The notes: generated from the sequence alone by a model not told the origin. Positions 25,356-39,023 are shown, counted from the first letter of the stretch. The stretch is 64,000 nucleotides of DNA from Eledone cirrhosa (GCA_964016885.1 OZ024741.1:216194001-216258000); one strand, 5' to 3'. Numbers and translations: made by a program.

Positions 25356-26524
25356 ATTTCTTTATTAGCCACAGGGGCACAAAAGAAGGGGACAAATACA
25401 AAGGGGGAAGTTTACATACAATAAAAACGTGTAAAATGTTATCACAGATGGAATTTAAAAGTTAGTCGATTTTCCCCAATAGAGGGAGACAGTTTATATG
25501 GGTAACACATACCCCCGAAAAAAAATGTGCAACCCTCATCTCCAGGAGTACGAAGAGCTTGTACTCCTTTCCTCTCCTCCTCCTTTTCCTCAACCTACAG
25601 GCTGATATAGAGAGAAGGCCCATTCACTCGGGCCATTCTCGCCACTTTCACCCACCTTTCATAAAACTTGCTGGGGTACAGCACCTCTCTCTCCATCCTG
25701 ATTCTTCTTCCAAAGTGGTATTTGAAAAAAAGAATCAGTTGTTGGCCGGAGAGAAAGGTGTCTGACCTCAGCCCTTTCAACCTTGTCCACCATACAACCT
25801 CTTTCGCCATAGCTATCACACAAAGGAAAACCGCCTCTCCTTCGTTTTTGAAGGAGGGTGGCGGTTTGATCATGACAATGGACTCGGTGGTCAACTCGAT
25901 TGGTCCCACCCGCGACAATAGTCGTTCTACATAGCCCCACAGGTCAGTGACGCCCGGGCAGTGTATGAATGCGTGCGCGACGGTTTCTTCGTCTCGCACG
26001 CACCTCGGACAGATCTTTTTTGCAGGATCCCTGCCCGGGCGCCCATGTCTGTAGAGCTTGTCTCGAACTGGTAGAGCTCCTCGGTAGCACTGCCAGGCCA
26101 GGGACTTTTGGAAGTTGTCCATCGGTCCCGGGCGGAAGGTCCTACTGAACAGACTGGCCAGTTCATCTTCCTCTACGCCTAGAGTTTCACCGAGCGCGTC
26201 GTCGCACTTGCTGCGGACCAACCCTCTATAGAATGACGAAGTGGAGTCTCCACTGATCGCCGGGTCCGCCTGCCAGAGGGCTGTGAGCGCCTGAGCACAT
26301 TCGATGTGCCAGTCGCCCATTTTCCTCGGTCTCTGCTTGACCCAGGACTGCAGCTCGGTCAGCGAGACGAGTCGTGGGAAGGCTCGCCTCACGAACGGGG
26401 CCCACACCGGTTGTCCGGTGAGGAATACGTAGAGATGCCGCAGCCTGAGCGCGTGTTTGCGCATCGTCAACCACGGCATCCCCAGCCCTCCGTTAGAAGG
26501 GTGTTGGCAGCAGATGGATAGGGC

Positions 26525-26525
<1 letters not shown>
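25356..26525 (-). mobile_element. Tx1/L1-clade LINE 3' fragment, (GATA)n on both sides
   Basis: zf-RVT ORF 25595-26520, near-identical to the copy at 62356. Confidence 0.95.
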
Positions 26526-26596
<71 letters not shown>

Positions 26597-26703
26597 TATG
26601 TGTAAGTCTGATGTTAGGTAAGATGCTTCCATTCGCGGTATGCCGTTTGAGCACTCTATGCTCTTACAGAGCAGAGTATGATTGTTCGTTTTCTATTCTA
26701 TAT

Positions 26704-26908
26704 AGAAGAAGAAGAAGAAGAAGAAGAAGAAGAAGAAGAAGAAGAAGAAGAAGAAGAAGAAGAAGAAGAAGAAGAAGAAGAAGAAGAAGAAGAAGAAGAA
26801 GAAGAAGAAGAAGAAGAAGAAGGAGGAGGAGGAGGAGGAGAAGAAGAAGAAGAAGAAGAAGAAGAAGAAGAAGAAGAAGAAGAAGAAGAAGAAGAAGAAG
26901 AAGAAGAA
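26704..26908. repeat. (GAA)n microsatellite with a (GGA)n interruption
   Basis: Direct inspection. Confidence 0.98.
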
Positions 26909-27374
26909 CTGCTAATGGCCGTCTGACGATGTTTACAAACCAACAAATCATTAATTACAGTGTTAGCACATGATTAAAGTTTTTTTCTTTCTTCTTTTTT
27001 CTTTAATAAGATGGAGCTAATTTTTCAATCACGCAACTAAATTATTTACACTAAACTATAAATCTATGTTCGAACATAAGATAAAATATAGTAAAATAAA
27101 GTGAAATATAATAATTAAAAAATTCACAACACAAATGACTTATGTTGTGTCCTCATTAAAGACGCCGCATTTGCTACAAGTGTTTTCTTCTAATTTCAAT
27201 GGTGGTTTTTTTCTATTTTTTAGATCTCTGGTGCTTTTTTTTTTCTTTTGTTGTTGTTGTGGTTTTTGTTGTTGTTGTTTTTTCAAGTTTGTTTTTGGTT
27301 TTCGCTGAAACAAACATTCATTAAAATTTGTTAAGTAAAATATTCAACGCTTTTCATTTTGTTATTTTTCCTAC

Positions 27375-27599
27375 TCTTTCTCTCTCTTTCTCTCTCTTTC
27401 TCTCTCTCTTTCTCTCTCTTTCTCTCTCTCTTTCTCTCTCTTTCTCTCTCTCTACACACATTCTTTATCTATCTATCTATCCATCTATCTATCTCTCACA
27501 GTTTCTATCTCTCTATATCTCTCTCTAGCTATATCTATCTATCTATCTACCTACCTATCTATCTATCTACCTATCACTCTCTCTATCTCTCTTTCTCTA

Positions 27600-27630
<31 letters not shown>

Positions 27631-27634
27631 CACT

Positions 27635-27675
<41 letters not shown>

Positions 27676-28150
27676 CACTTCTCTCTCCCTGTCGCAACCT
27701 CTCACTCTCCCTCTCCCCTTCGCACCCCCTCACTCTCACTCTCTCTCCCAATCTCTATCCCTATATCTCCCTCTGTGTCTCGCTTTTTCTCTTTCTATCA
27801 CACCCTCTTACACACACACTCTCTCTCTCTCTCTCTACATCTATCTCACACACTCTCTCTCTAACTCTCTCCTTCTTTCTCTGTATCTCTCTTTCTCTCA
27901 ATCACTTTCTTTCTCACTCTCTCCTTCTCTCTCTCATTCTCCCTCTCCCTCTCTCTCTCTCTCTCTTACACACAAACACACATAAACACACACATTCACT
28001 CTGTCTTACTCTCTCACACCCACCCTTTCTCTATTTCTATCTTTCCCTCTCACACCCATCATTTCTCTATTTCTCCTTCTCTCTTTCTCTCTCTCTCTCC
28101 CATTCTCTCTCTCCCCCACCGCCACTCTCTTTCTTTTTCTCTCCTCTTTA
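27375..28150. repeat. (CT)n/(CTAT)n pyrimidine-rich low-complexity tract
   Basis: Direct inspection. Confidence 0.9.
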
Positions 28151-28309
28151 CAAAAATATAAACAATTTTCTAGCAATTTGCAGTCACGTGTTCTACCAAA
28201 TAAGGATGAAACTTAGAGTTTCTGCTAATACATTAGAAAATAATCTACTTTAAACGCTTCCTATCTCAGATTGTTATTCATTCATTTAATTCTTCTTCTT
28301 ATTATTATT

Positions 28310-29740
28310 ATGGCAGTAATCGGTGGAGTGTCGGACAACATGCTTTGCAACATAAAATTACAGCCATTTACGTTCTGAGTTCAAATCCCACCGAGGTTAG
28401 CTTTGCGTGTCATCCTTCTGGTATCGATAAAATAAAGAACCAGTAACGTACTGAAGTCGATTTAATCGACTTTTCTCACCACCAAAAATTAATGATCTTG
28501 TACCTAAATCAAAACCCATTAGAAACCATTATTGGCAGAATCGTTAGAGCATCGGACAAATGCTTATCAGTATCTATTGCGACTCTTTACGTTCTCAGTT
28601 CAAATTCTGTCGAAGTCAGCTTTGCCTTTTATCCTTACGGCGTCGATAAGATAAAATACCAGTAAAGAAATGGGATCGATATAATTGGCTTGTCCCACGC
28701 CCCTTGTGGCAAAAGTAGAAGCCATTATTATTATTGGCGGTGGATTGGCAGTATCGGTAGAGGGTCGGACGCCATGCTTTCCAGCATAGTTACGTCCCTT
28801 TACGATCTGGGTTCAAATCCCGCCGAGGTTGACTTTGCCTTTCATCCTTACGGGGTCGATAAAATAAAGTACCAGTAATGAACTGGGTAAGTGCTGGCCT
28901 TGTGCCTAAAGTAGAAACCATTATTATTATTGGCAGTATCTGTAGAGTATCAGGCAACATGATTTGCGGTATATCGTTAACAGCCATTTACATTCTGAGT
29001 TCAAATCCCGCCGAGGTTAGCTTTGCCTTTCATCCATACGGTGTCGATAAAATAAAGTACCAGTATTACACTGGGGTCAATTTAATCGACTTTTCCCCTT
29101 TCCCTTCAAATTACTGACTTTGTGCCAAATGTAGAAACATTTATTATTACTATGGTGTAGCTATTTAACTACAAATTTCAACGTTTTCTGTTCAAATCCC
29201 GCTGAGGTCAGCTTTGCCTTTCATCCTTCTGTGGTTCAAAAAATGAATTCCCAGTTAAATACTGGGGTCGTTGTAATCAACTTTCCCTTTCCACGGGTCT
29301 TGTACCAATGCCAGAAAAAAATATTATTGTTGTAGAGAGAGATGGGTTGGCAGAATCATCAATTGTCAGACATAATACTATAGAATATTCATGAGGTGCC
29401 GTGCGGCCTAAGTTCAAAACCCCGTTGGGGACAATTCTGTCTTCCATGCTTCCGAGCAATAATCGACTTTCCTTAAATATTGCTGACCTTGAGTCTAAAT
29501 TAGGACCCATTAGTTTGAGGGCAGTGGATTAGCTGAATCATTAGAGTGCCGGACAAAAATGCTTTAAGGAATTTACTGAGGTCCCTTTATACTCGCATTT
29601 CAAATCTCGCCTAGCTCAATTTCCTTTACATCATTCAGAGGTCGATAAAATAAAGTACCAGTCAGATACTGGGGTTGATATAATCTATTTTACCTTCTAC
29701 TAAATTGTTGGCCTTGTGTAAAAATTAGATATCATTATAT
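28310..29740 (+). mobile_element. Head-to-tail array of ~7 tRNA-derived SINEs
   Basis: Each ~200-bp unit has an A box (TGGCAGAATCGTTAG), a B box (GTTCAAATCC) and the central GCCTTTCATCCTTACGGGGTCGATAAAATAAAGTACCAG domain (resembles the Meta-SINE domain, from memory). (ATT)n spacers. Confidence 0.85.
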
Positions 29741-29742
29741 TT

Positions 29743-29878
<136 letters not shown>

Positions 29879-30345
29879 TGATTAGTTGTTTCGTTACTTT
29901 GGTATTGTATGGTTGGGTTTTGCCTAGCGCAATTTTCAATTTGTCAAGCTATTTAAACGTATGTTATTACTCTAAGGACCTACCCTTATTGAGTGCTTTG
30001 CTACTCATTCCTTATTGTAGGTCGACTTTGCTTGGCCACAGACAAAGCTTCGATTTTACTAAGCTTCCACTTGTATATATATATATGCATTTGGATTTTA
30101 CCATCAATTCCATTTGGGTCCAGGTCTGTTTTTATCATTTATTTTGTTTGTTTGACATGTTTAGCTTGATTTGTTTTTTGGTTTAGGTGGTTAATGCCTT
30201 CTTGACCACTTTTTCGGTTTTTTTTATGGCGTTTTAACATATTGTTTAGCTCTAGTTTTCTTAACTATTGGAGCGCTTGCCAGGATTTCTACGATTTTGC
30301 GTTTCGTTTCGCTTTTTCTACCAGCCGGAATACGATTCTCGCTGA

Positions 30346-30395
<50 letters not shown>

Positions 30396-30899
30396 ATAAT
30401 AATAAATTTGAAGACTAAAATCCAAAGAGGGCTCGATAAGGATAAATATATATCAAATATATAAGAACCGAAGAGCAAATATTTATTAAAATAACAGATT
30501 AAAGTTTAAGCAAAGAATCGCTGCTTTCACCCTTAACGGATCTTATATATGTATAAAACAAAGAGGGTGTGGTACGATACCAGGTAGAATTCAGATCTAG
30601 CTGTTAAAACAGCCGGAGCTCTGTTAGCATGGTGCTTCAGTTGGTGTTCTTCTTCTTCTTCTTCTTGTCGTCGTGTTGGTGGTGGTCGTTGTCGTAATTG
30701 ACTGCATGATAATTACTTGTTGAAAAAGAAAAAGACTAATAATAATAATGTTAATGAGAGAAAACATTAATCAGTTGATTAGTGAAGTATTTTCTTTAAA
30801 TATTTAAGTCAATTTAGAAGAAGTCAAATCGTACTTCCTAGGAATTGGCTGTTAACTTCTTAATCACTTTTGGCGTCCATCAAAACGTTTCAGACCTGT

Positions 30900-31090
<191 letters not shown>

Positions 31091-31099
31091 GTGTGTGTG

Positions 31100-31139
<40 letters not shown>

Positions 31140-31333
31140 GATAAATCTACCAAGAGTTTACGGTAGTGTCCAATCCGTATGAAGAACTCAATGTAATCCG
31201 GATATCATGGAAAGAAGAGATGCAATGAAAAATCACTTTCGGTGAAAGATAAACGGAATACAGAGTCAAGATAAAATATTAAAAAAATAATGAATAAAAC
31301 AATGAAACAGTTCCTTATATTAAACAAAAAAAG

Positions 31334-31488
31334 TTCATTATTTAACGATCGTTTCTAGGATATATATGTGTTAGAATTGGCATGCATATTCAACAGATCT
31401 ATGTACAAAATTATACAAAATTATACAAACTATCAAAATTAAATATACATACCAAACACATATATATGCCGTCTTCAGAAATAATGAA
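31334..31488 (-). ncRNA. Type I hammerhead with a 116-nt stem II domain, family I
   Basis: Reverse complement of 32475-32629. Confidence 0.78.
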
Positions 31489-31623
31489 ATATATTTATTG
31501 ATAATAACAACAATTCAAAATTTCAGGTCCGTTTGGGAACAGAGTTCAAATTAACCAATGGAAATACAAAAAATTTTATGCAGTTTGGAGTGTGAGTGTG
31601 TGTGTATGTGCATCTATATATAC

Positions 31624-31688
<65 letters not shown>

Positions 31689-31694
31689 AAGACT

Positions 31695-31733
<39 letters not shown>

Positions 31734-31736
31734 ACT

Positions 31737-31813
<77 letters not shown>

Positions 31814-32474
31814 ATATAAAGACTGAGATATATATATATATAAAGACTGAGATAAACAGATAGATAGATCGATCGATAGATAGATATCTACATGCATATA
31901 CATACACACATATAAACTTGCATACATACGCCCATACATATACCTAAGTACATACATACATACAACGGAATACTGACCTCTCACCCCCTCCCACCTAATT
32001 TCTGTATCCTGATCTAAATGTGTGTGGCAGTGTTTATGTGCGTGCATTAATGTCCATATGCTTATGATAATACTATATGCACATATATATGTGTGTGGGG
32101 GTGTGTGTGTGTATGTATGTTCGTAGTTATGTGTATGTTTATGCATATACGCGCGTGTGTGTGTGAGTGTACGAATATGTGTGAGTATATGAATGTGTCT
32201 ATACATTTATTTCATATTTATGTGTCTATACGCATTTTATCTGTGGATTATAGACTTACAGAGACATTAGCCTTGAATTTTTGTATTTGCATACATCTTT
32301 TTGGCATGCGTATGCATGTGAACATATATCTTTATGTAAATATGTGTACGAAGTTAATTACATATATACACACACCAAACTGCATAAAATTTTTTGTATT
32401 TTCATTGGTCAATTTGAACTCTGTTCCCAAACGGACCTGAAATTTTGAATTGTTGTTATTATCAATAAATATAT

Positions 32475-32629
32475 TTCATTATTTCTGAAGACGGCATATA
32501 TATGTGTTTGGTATGTATATTTAATTTTGATAGTTTGTATAATTTTGTATAATTTTGTACATAGATCTGTTGAATATGCATGCCAATTCTAACACATATA
32601 TATCCTAGAAACGATCGTTAAATAATGAA
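32475..32629 (+). ncRNA. Type I hammerhead with a 116-nt stem II domain, family I
   Basis: ttcattattt CTGAAGA cggc atatatatgtgtt...aacacatatatat ccta GAAA cgatcg TT aaataatgaa; perfect 10-bp stem I. Confidence 0.8.
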
Positions 32630-32685
32630 CATTTTTTGTTTAATATAAGGAACTGTTTCATTGTTTTATTCATTATTTTTTTAAT

Positions 32686-32779
<94 letters not shown>

Positions 32780-32784
<5 letters not shown>

Positions 32785-33419
32785 TAATTTATTAATTCTT
32801 CATAGAGCCACAAAGTGACCGGTTGCAACATATATAACTTTATGTATATGTAAACCTTTATATTTAATAATCTCCCGTTAGGTTGAGATACAATTTGGCG
32901 ATATTTGGCTGCGCTTTCTAGCAACAAGCCTACCCGCCGTAACCAACCAATCACATTCTTTCTAACTTGACCACCGCCATATTGCGGTTCTTAGCCATTT
33001 TTTAATCTAATTTTGGCGCGATCACTTTGGAAAACTAAGTGTCTAATTTTGAGTTTGTCTCCTGATGAATCCGAACTCTGTGGATTTCCTATTAATTGGA
33101 TATCTAAAAATACGGATGAAACCATGGTAGAGATATAGTTACGGTATGTACACATTTCTTCTAAGTTTGAATTTACACCTAATTGTGTATGGTTGATTGT
33201 ATATTTAGTCAGTTTCCACATGCTGTCGAAATGTTGGATAAATACTCTATTGGGGCCACCGCGAAGAGGCCACTTTCGGTTATTTGTCGGAGATTTCTTC
33301 ATAAGAGCCTTTATCCTTATAGCTTGGTCTAATTGATTTTTTTATATAGTTAATTATGCTGATTAGGAGAGGAAATGGTATATATTTTAATTATCTAATA
33401 ATTCTAAAGACATGATTTA

Positions 33420-33422
<3 letters not shown>
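32780..33422 (+). mobile_element. Family A ORF-less monomer with a tail-to-head junction
   Basis: 32780-32866 matches the family A tail (4955-5045) and runs directly into a CCAAT-containing head, the hammerhead and the body. Confidence 0.75.
33057..33134 (+). ncRNA. Type I hammerhead, family A, intact, 49-nt stem II
   Basis: gtctc CTGATGA atccg...cggat GAAA ccatgg TA gagat. The basal stem II pair covaries (A-U here, G-C at 4553). Confidence 0.85.
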
Positions 33423-33499
<77 letters not shown>

Positions 33500-33515
33500 A
33501 CATATATATATATAT

Positions 33516-33739
<224 letters not shown>

Positions 33740-33789
33740 AATAAAATAAAATAAATAAGTCAAATATTTAAAATTTGGCTTCGTTTATT

Positions 33790-33844
33790 ACTGCTATATA
33801 TATTTCGGTGACAGGTATCTTTGGCTGTGACCTCTTCAGGCAGT
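33790..33844 (-). ncRNA. Type I hammerhead, family J (solo pLTR fragment 33735-33910)
   Basis: actgc CTGAAGA ggtcacagcc...ctgtcacc GAAA tatata TA gcagt aataaa. Confidence 0.8.
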
Positions 33845-33994
33845 CCGAATTGGTGTGGTAGAGACGAGTACACATGTTGTTGAGGTGTTTAACTCCATCA
33901 ATACTCCGATATAATGTAGTGGAATATTGGGTATTTATATATTTTTTGTTTATGTCTAATGTTTCTTCTTTATTTATAATGTATTATATATATA

Positions 33995-34413
33995 AGTATG
34001 TATATGTACATACATATATGTATACAGACGTACAGTAGTATGTATATATATATACATACATGCACACATATATATATATGTACGTATGGATTCACCGAAC
34101 ATTTATTATAATGCTCGGTGTGTTTGTAAACAAACATCCCGAATTAAGCCGTACAGTGTCTAGCAACCATCGTTGCTCATTTGTTCAACACTGACAAAGG
34201 AACGCTGTACTAGTTTCAAGCTTATTAGCTATCGTCAGCAACGTATACCTTCCTGCCAGATGATTGAACGTCTGAAAGTATATACTTTCCTTATGCATAT
34301 TAACGGCTGAGCAGCCTAATTTGCACATCGAGTGAGTTAATCGGCCGGGCGCACCGAAAACGATAAACGGAAAAAATGAAACGAAATTTCATTTCTCACT
34401 CTTAGTACGGCTG
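33995..34413 (-). mobile_element. Single ~420-bp unit of family F in a different permutation
   Basis: Homologous to 11950-12370 of the tandem array. Confidence 0.85.
34202..34244 (-). ncRNA. Type I minimal hammerhead, family F, intact
   Basis: Identical to 12119-12161. Confidence 0.9.
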
Positions 34414-34517
34414 TATGTATGTATGTATATTTATATATATGTATATATATATGTATATATATATATATGTATGTATGTATATTTATGTATATGTATATAT
34501 ATATGTATATATATATG

Positions 34518-34604
<87 letters not shown>

Positions 34605-34655
34605 AAATAAAATAAAATAAATAAGTCAAATATTTAAAATTTGGCTTCGTTTATT

Positions 34656-34710
34656 ACTGCTATATATATTTCGGTGACAGCTATCTTTGGCTGTGACCTC
34701 TTCAGGCAGT
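34656..34710 (-). ncRNA. Type I hammerhead, family J, in the 3' pLTR
   Basis: actgc CTGAAGA ggt c acagc caaagata gctgt c acc GAAA tatata TA gcagt, then AATAAA. Confidence 0.9.
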
Positions 34711-36359
34711 CCGAATTGGTGTGGTAGAGACGAGTACACATGTTGTTGAGGTGTTTAACTCCATCAATACTCCGATATGCCCAGTTCCTGGTTGGGTTGT
34801 TATTTCTCTGAGGAACTGGAATCATATGAATTCGAACAAACGAATTTCAGCGTCAAAGGACACCCTCTCCTCCCATTGGTCAGTTGTGAGAACATTCCTT
34901 AGTCAAAAGTCTATAGAAATTCTTTCTGAGGCGAGGCAATCTGTAGTGGTTGTTTTTCTTATTGTTCAGTACAATTGACATCCTCCCTTGGTGTTGGGGT
35001 CAGCTTAAGTCCGGCTGCTGCTATATTTTGTGTGTGTGTGTTGGCATCTATCCTGCCACTATTTCACGTGGTGGTGGGGTGGGTGGTGCCAAACAGATGA
35101 AGAAGTAAGATACAGTAAAATGGGGAAATAAAAGGCAATAAAATGAAGAAAATAAAAAATAAAAAAATGAAGAGAAAAATAAAATGAAATGAAAAGGTAA
35201 AAAACTAAAAAATAAAAGAATAAAATAAAGAAATAAAAAAGTAAAATAAAATAAAATAAAATAAAATAAAATAAAATAAGAAAATAAATAAACAAAAAAA
35301 TGATAAAATAGTAAAAGGAATAACAAAAAAGAATAAAATAAGATAATCAAATAAAATGCGTGTGCGTTATAACCAATCTCCAAGTTTGAAAGATTTGGAA
35401 GATATTGACCGAAGTAGAAAGCTGTGTCAGAATCAAAAAGTGCAAAGGATCACAATCTTTACACTATCATGGTGTGGTGTGTTTTAAGAGCAAATGAGAC
35501 AAGGGTGGAGTGTAAAACACCATAACCCGAGTGTTTTAATCCGGAAATAAAAGAATAAAATAAAGAAATAAAAGAGTAAAATAAAATAAAATAAAATGAA
35601 AAGAATAAAATAAAATAAAATAATAAAATAAAATGCGTTTGTGTTATAATCAATCTCAAAGTTTGAAAGATTTGGAAGATATTGACGGAAGTAGAAAGGC
35701 TGTGTCAGAATTAATCTTTACACTATCATGGTGTGTTGCGTTTTAAGGGCAAATGAGACAAGGGTGGAGTGTAATACCCCAGAACCCGAGTGTTAAAATC
35801 CGGAAATGCAGAGGACTACAGTTCCCATTTTGGCAGAGAGCTCATATGCGTGTATGTCAACTCACATCGTTCCAAGCACACACGCACAGGCACAGACCCA
35901 GGTGCATCCCCTAAGCACCCATCCACACACACACATACACACATACACACACACACACATATACCCACATGCACACGCACACACACACACACCCGCACAC
36001 ACACATGTAAGTATCTGTGCATGTACAATCTTAAATAACAGTATCTATGTATGGACATATGCATAAGTATGTGTTGTCACAGGAGTCGATCGAGGCAGAG
36101 GTATGGTGGAGCTGCTGTTCTTATATCTAGAGGGAAATTCCCATCCCAATGTTTTGTTATTGTCCATATAGCTTGAGGAAGGTCCCGGCCCTGAGGTGTC
36201 TGCACGTCCCGGAGGGGTCCCTATAGCTTGAGGGGAGTTCCCAATCTAATGTGTTATTACTGTCCATATAGCTGTCCCGGCCCTGAGGTGTCTACATGTT
36301 CTGGAGAAGTCCCTATAGCTTGAGGGAAGTTCACATCCCAATGTGTTGTTACTGTTCAT

Positions 36360-39023
36360 ATAGCTTGAGGAAGGTCCCGGCCCTGAGGTGTATACATGTC
36401 CCGAAGAAGTCAGTCCTGAGGTGTATCAGGCTGCTTCCACCTCTTAGTATCTCGAGGGTCTCGCTCAGACATAGTTTGCAGATGCCAGATCCCCCTTTAT
36501 CAGGTGGTCCTTTCCGATTATGGACCAGGCCAGAGAGTACGGGTTCCTGTCCAGCTTGAGCTTCCAGATCAGTTCGGAAAGAGTCGTACTTTTCCTTTTG
36601 TCCTCCCTATTAAAGGAATGGCGATGGTTATACCATCGGTCTTTAAAGCTCGTTTATGTGGCTCCTATGTAAAGGTGTTCAGAGTTGGGGTTTTTTACTC
36701 TACATCCGTATATTAGGTTCTTCCTAAGGCATTCATTACTAAGGGGGCATAATTCGGGGTTTCTGCAGTTGCAGGAGGTGGTCGACCTCCGCGTACCTAG
36801 TGTTGGGTTCCCGTTATGTGTTATATGGTGGTCTTCCCTCGGGCCCGGTGGGGGTTCTCTGGGTCTGTTTGGGTTTCCAGGGTGGGAACTGGGTTCACCC
36901 TTCTTTCCTTCCACATGGTTCTGCTGGGTGCTTATATTGCCAGATTCTGGTTGTGTGTGGTTTGTAAGTCTACTCCTGTTGATGCTAGCTATGTGTTGGG
37001 CCACATTTCTCGTGGTAGAATACAAGAGCTTAACAGTGTGTTTGTTTAAGATCTTGTGGTATCTATGGTTCCTCGGGAAGCATTTGTCGAGTGCTCTAAA
37101 GAATGAGCGGGCCAAGCTGTTCTTTAGGGCCGCTGAGTAGGGTGGGTTGTACCACGTGATTTTTCTGCGTCTACTCCTATGTGGGTGGGTTGAGCGTGCC
37201 GTGGGCTGTTGGGGAATTGTTGGGTTGCTAGTGGTTCCCGCATTGTTGCTTCCCCTTTGGGAGCTATGTGTTTTGCTACCTTCTCGGCCCGAATCTGTGG
37301 GGTGGTTGTTGCCCGCGCTGGGAGCTCTACAATGGGATGGCCTCCCTTCACCCTCTCCACATGTCTTGTGGTTGGGGGCGTCGTGCCCGGGGTGGTTAGT
37401 ATCACCCCTGAGACCGCTACTCGTATGGGATTTCCTCCCATGGTTATGCGTACTCGTCCCCCTCGCCCATGTTGTGGTGTCGGGCTCATGGTGCTTAGTT
37501 GTTTCCATTCTGCCTGTATTGTTAGGATTCGTTCCCTCCCGGACACCGTGGGTTGGGGTGTCCGTTGGGCCATCCCCATCCTGGCGCCTCGGACTATATG
37601 ATATATTTTGGCCATGTGCCGCCTTATTTAGAGCTGCGTTGTAATATTCTGCGTTGCTATCGAAGATTTCCTTATTTGCGGACAGGCTGGAGGTCCTGTC
37701 CGAGACACTCTTCACCACGGCCTTAGTTATGGATCTAGGGTGGTTTGACTTGGCGTTAACATACATAAGTTTCTCGTTGGGCTTGTGGTAGGGGTAGTAT
37801 TGCTCGGTGTTCAGGTTTAGGGTGGTGTCTAGGAAGTTAACTACCTTTCTATTTGGGTCGAGTTTGATACTGAGCCCCTTGTTCTTAAAGAAATGCCGAA
37901 TACGCCTCTTCATTCTCTCCACCATAGTGGTGCCGTGGTCATAGACTGTGAAGAGAGCATCGTCACGATACAATCCGCCGCCCAGGCAGGGGATTTCATC
38001 TTTTATCTGCTTCAGCAGGAAGAGCCCAACCAGGTCCGTTACCTGTGCGGAGTCGCTGGAGCCCATGGTGATGTCAAAGTTATTTGGCCAATCACTCCTG
38101 ATCCAAAGGTCTCCATCGAAATGGATCGAGGTCTTTCGTGCGGCGTGGATGATGCGCACCTCTTCTCGAGTCAGGTTCGTATTGGACATCGCTAAAAACA
38201 GGGCCTTATTGAGTACCATGGGCGAGATTGGGGAGTAGTAGCCTGCGATATTCAGTTGGATAAAGCTGCTCCTACTTTTCCCAGGTAGTATCTTAAACTA
38301 TTCTATTACCTCTCCCGTGCATGACCATTGCTGTAATCTAGTTTTTTTTCCGAAGCTTAGGCAAAACCCTATCTAGAGTGCTTTTACTGATGATCCCTAG
38401 GTCTGATTTGGAGGGGGCTATTAGTCTAACAGGGAGGTCGGTCTCAAAGTTTGGCTTGTGATCTTTAAGGGTAATCCGCGGCTCCCTTGATTGGTATGGG
38501 GCCGTCCTGTCCTCTATGCCGAGTCCGGATATAATCCTGTAAGCTGGGGCGCTGATCTCATCCAGGGTAAATCCAGGTGTTTTTTTTTGTAGCATTTCCT
38601 CAGTTCCCTGAGAATTATCTTATTATACAGTTCAATGTCCATGTTGTAGAAGTTGTTGGTTTTGTCGGCATGGACAAGTATTCCGGTTGTCTCTTTAAGT
38701 ATTGTAATCCGGTTTCCCAGGTGTCTGAGGTACTCCTGACTTCTGGGTGGGTTTCCGGAGAATTTGAGGTTGGAGATAATGTTAATCATCTCGTTTTCGA
38801 ACTCCTCCATTAGTCTGTTGTAGGGAGGGTTCCTCCTTGATCTAAAAAGGTACTCCATGTTTTGGGTGTTGGTAATTTTAGGCGTTCCTCTTTCAAAGTG
38901 GAACGCCTTCCATCTCATCCTATGGACAAGGGATTCCGTACTCCTGATGAGATCACTGGTGTATACCCGTTTGCCAGGTAGGGGGATATCCTTCAGTGAC
39001 GCCAAGGTTGCCAGTTTTTCCAT
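36360..39023 (-). pseudogene. PLE RT + GIY-YIG polyprotein, disrupted
   Basis: ORF pieces 38514-39023, 38338-38595 and 36654-38219, plus the continuation after the TAA at 36654. The RT motif A Asp is replaced by Asn. Confidence 0.9.

Larger units (their letters stand above)
31140..32690. mobile_element. Fold-back pLTR element (family I) with a microsatellite-filled spacer
   Basis: ~31276-31592 is inverted relative to ~32371-32688 (near identical). One hammerhead in each arm. Confidence 0.85.

Noticed and set aside
26611-26973. Poly-R/E/L/S ORFs
   Set aside because: (GAA)n microsatellite.
28310-29740. tRNA gene cluster
   Set aside because: A and B boxes are present, but there is no cloverleaf and the units carry a SINE body and tail.
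36360-39023. Selenocysteine recoding as reported for some Naiad PLEs
   Set aside because: The in-frame stops I read are TAG and TAA, not TGA at Cys positions, and I recognised no SECIS by eye.
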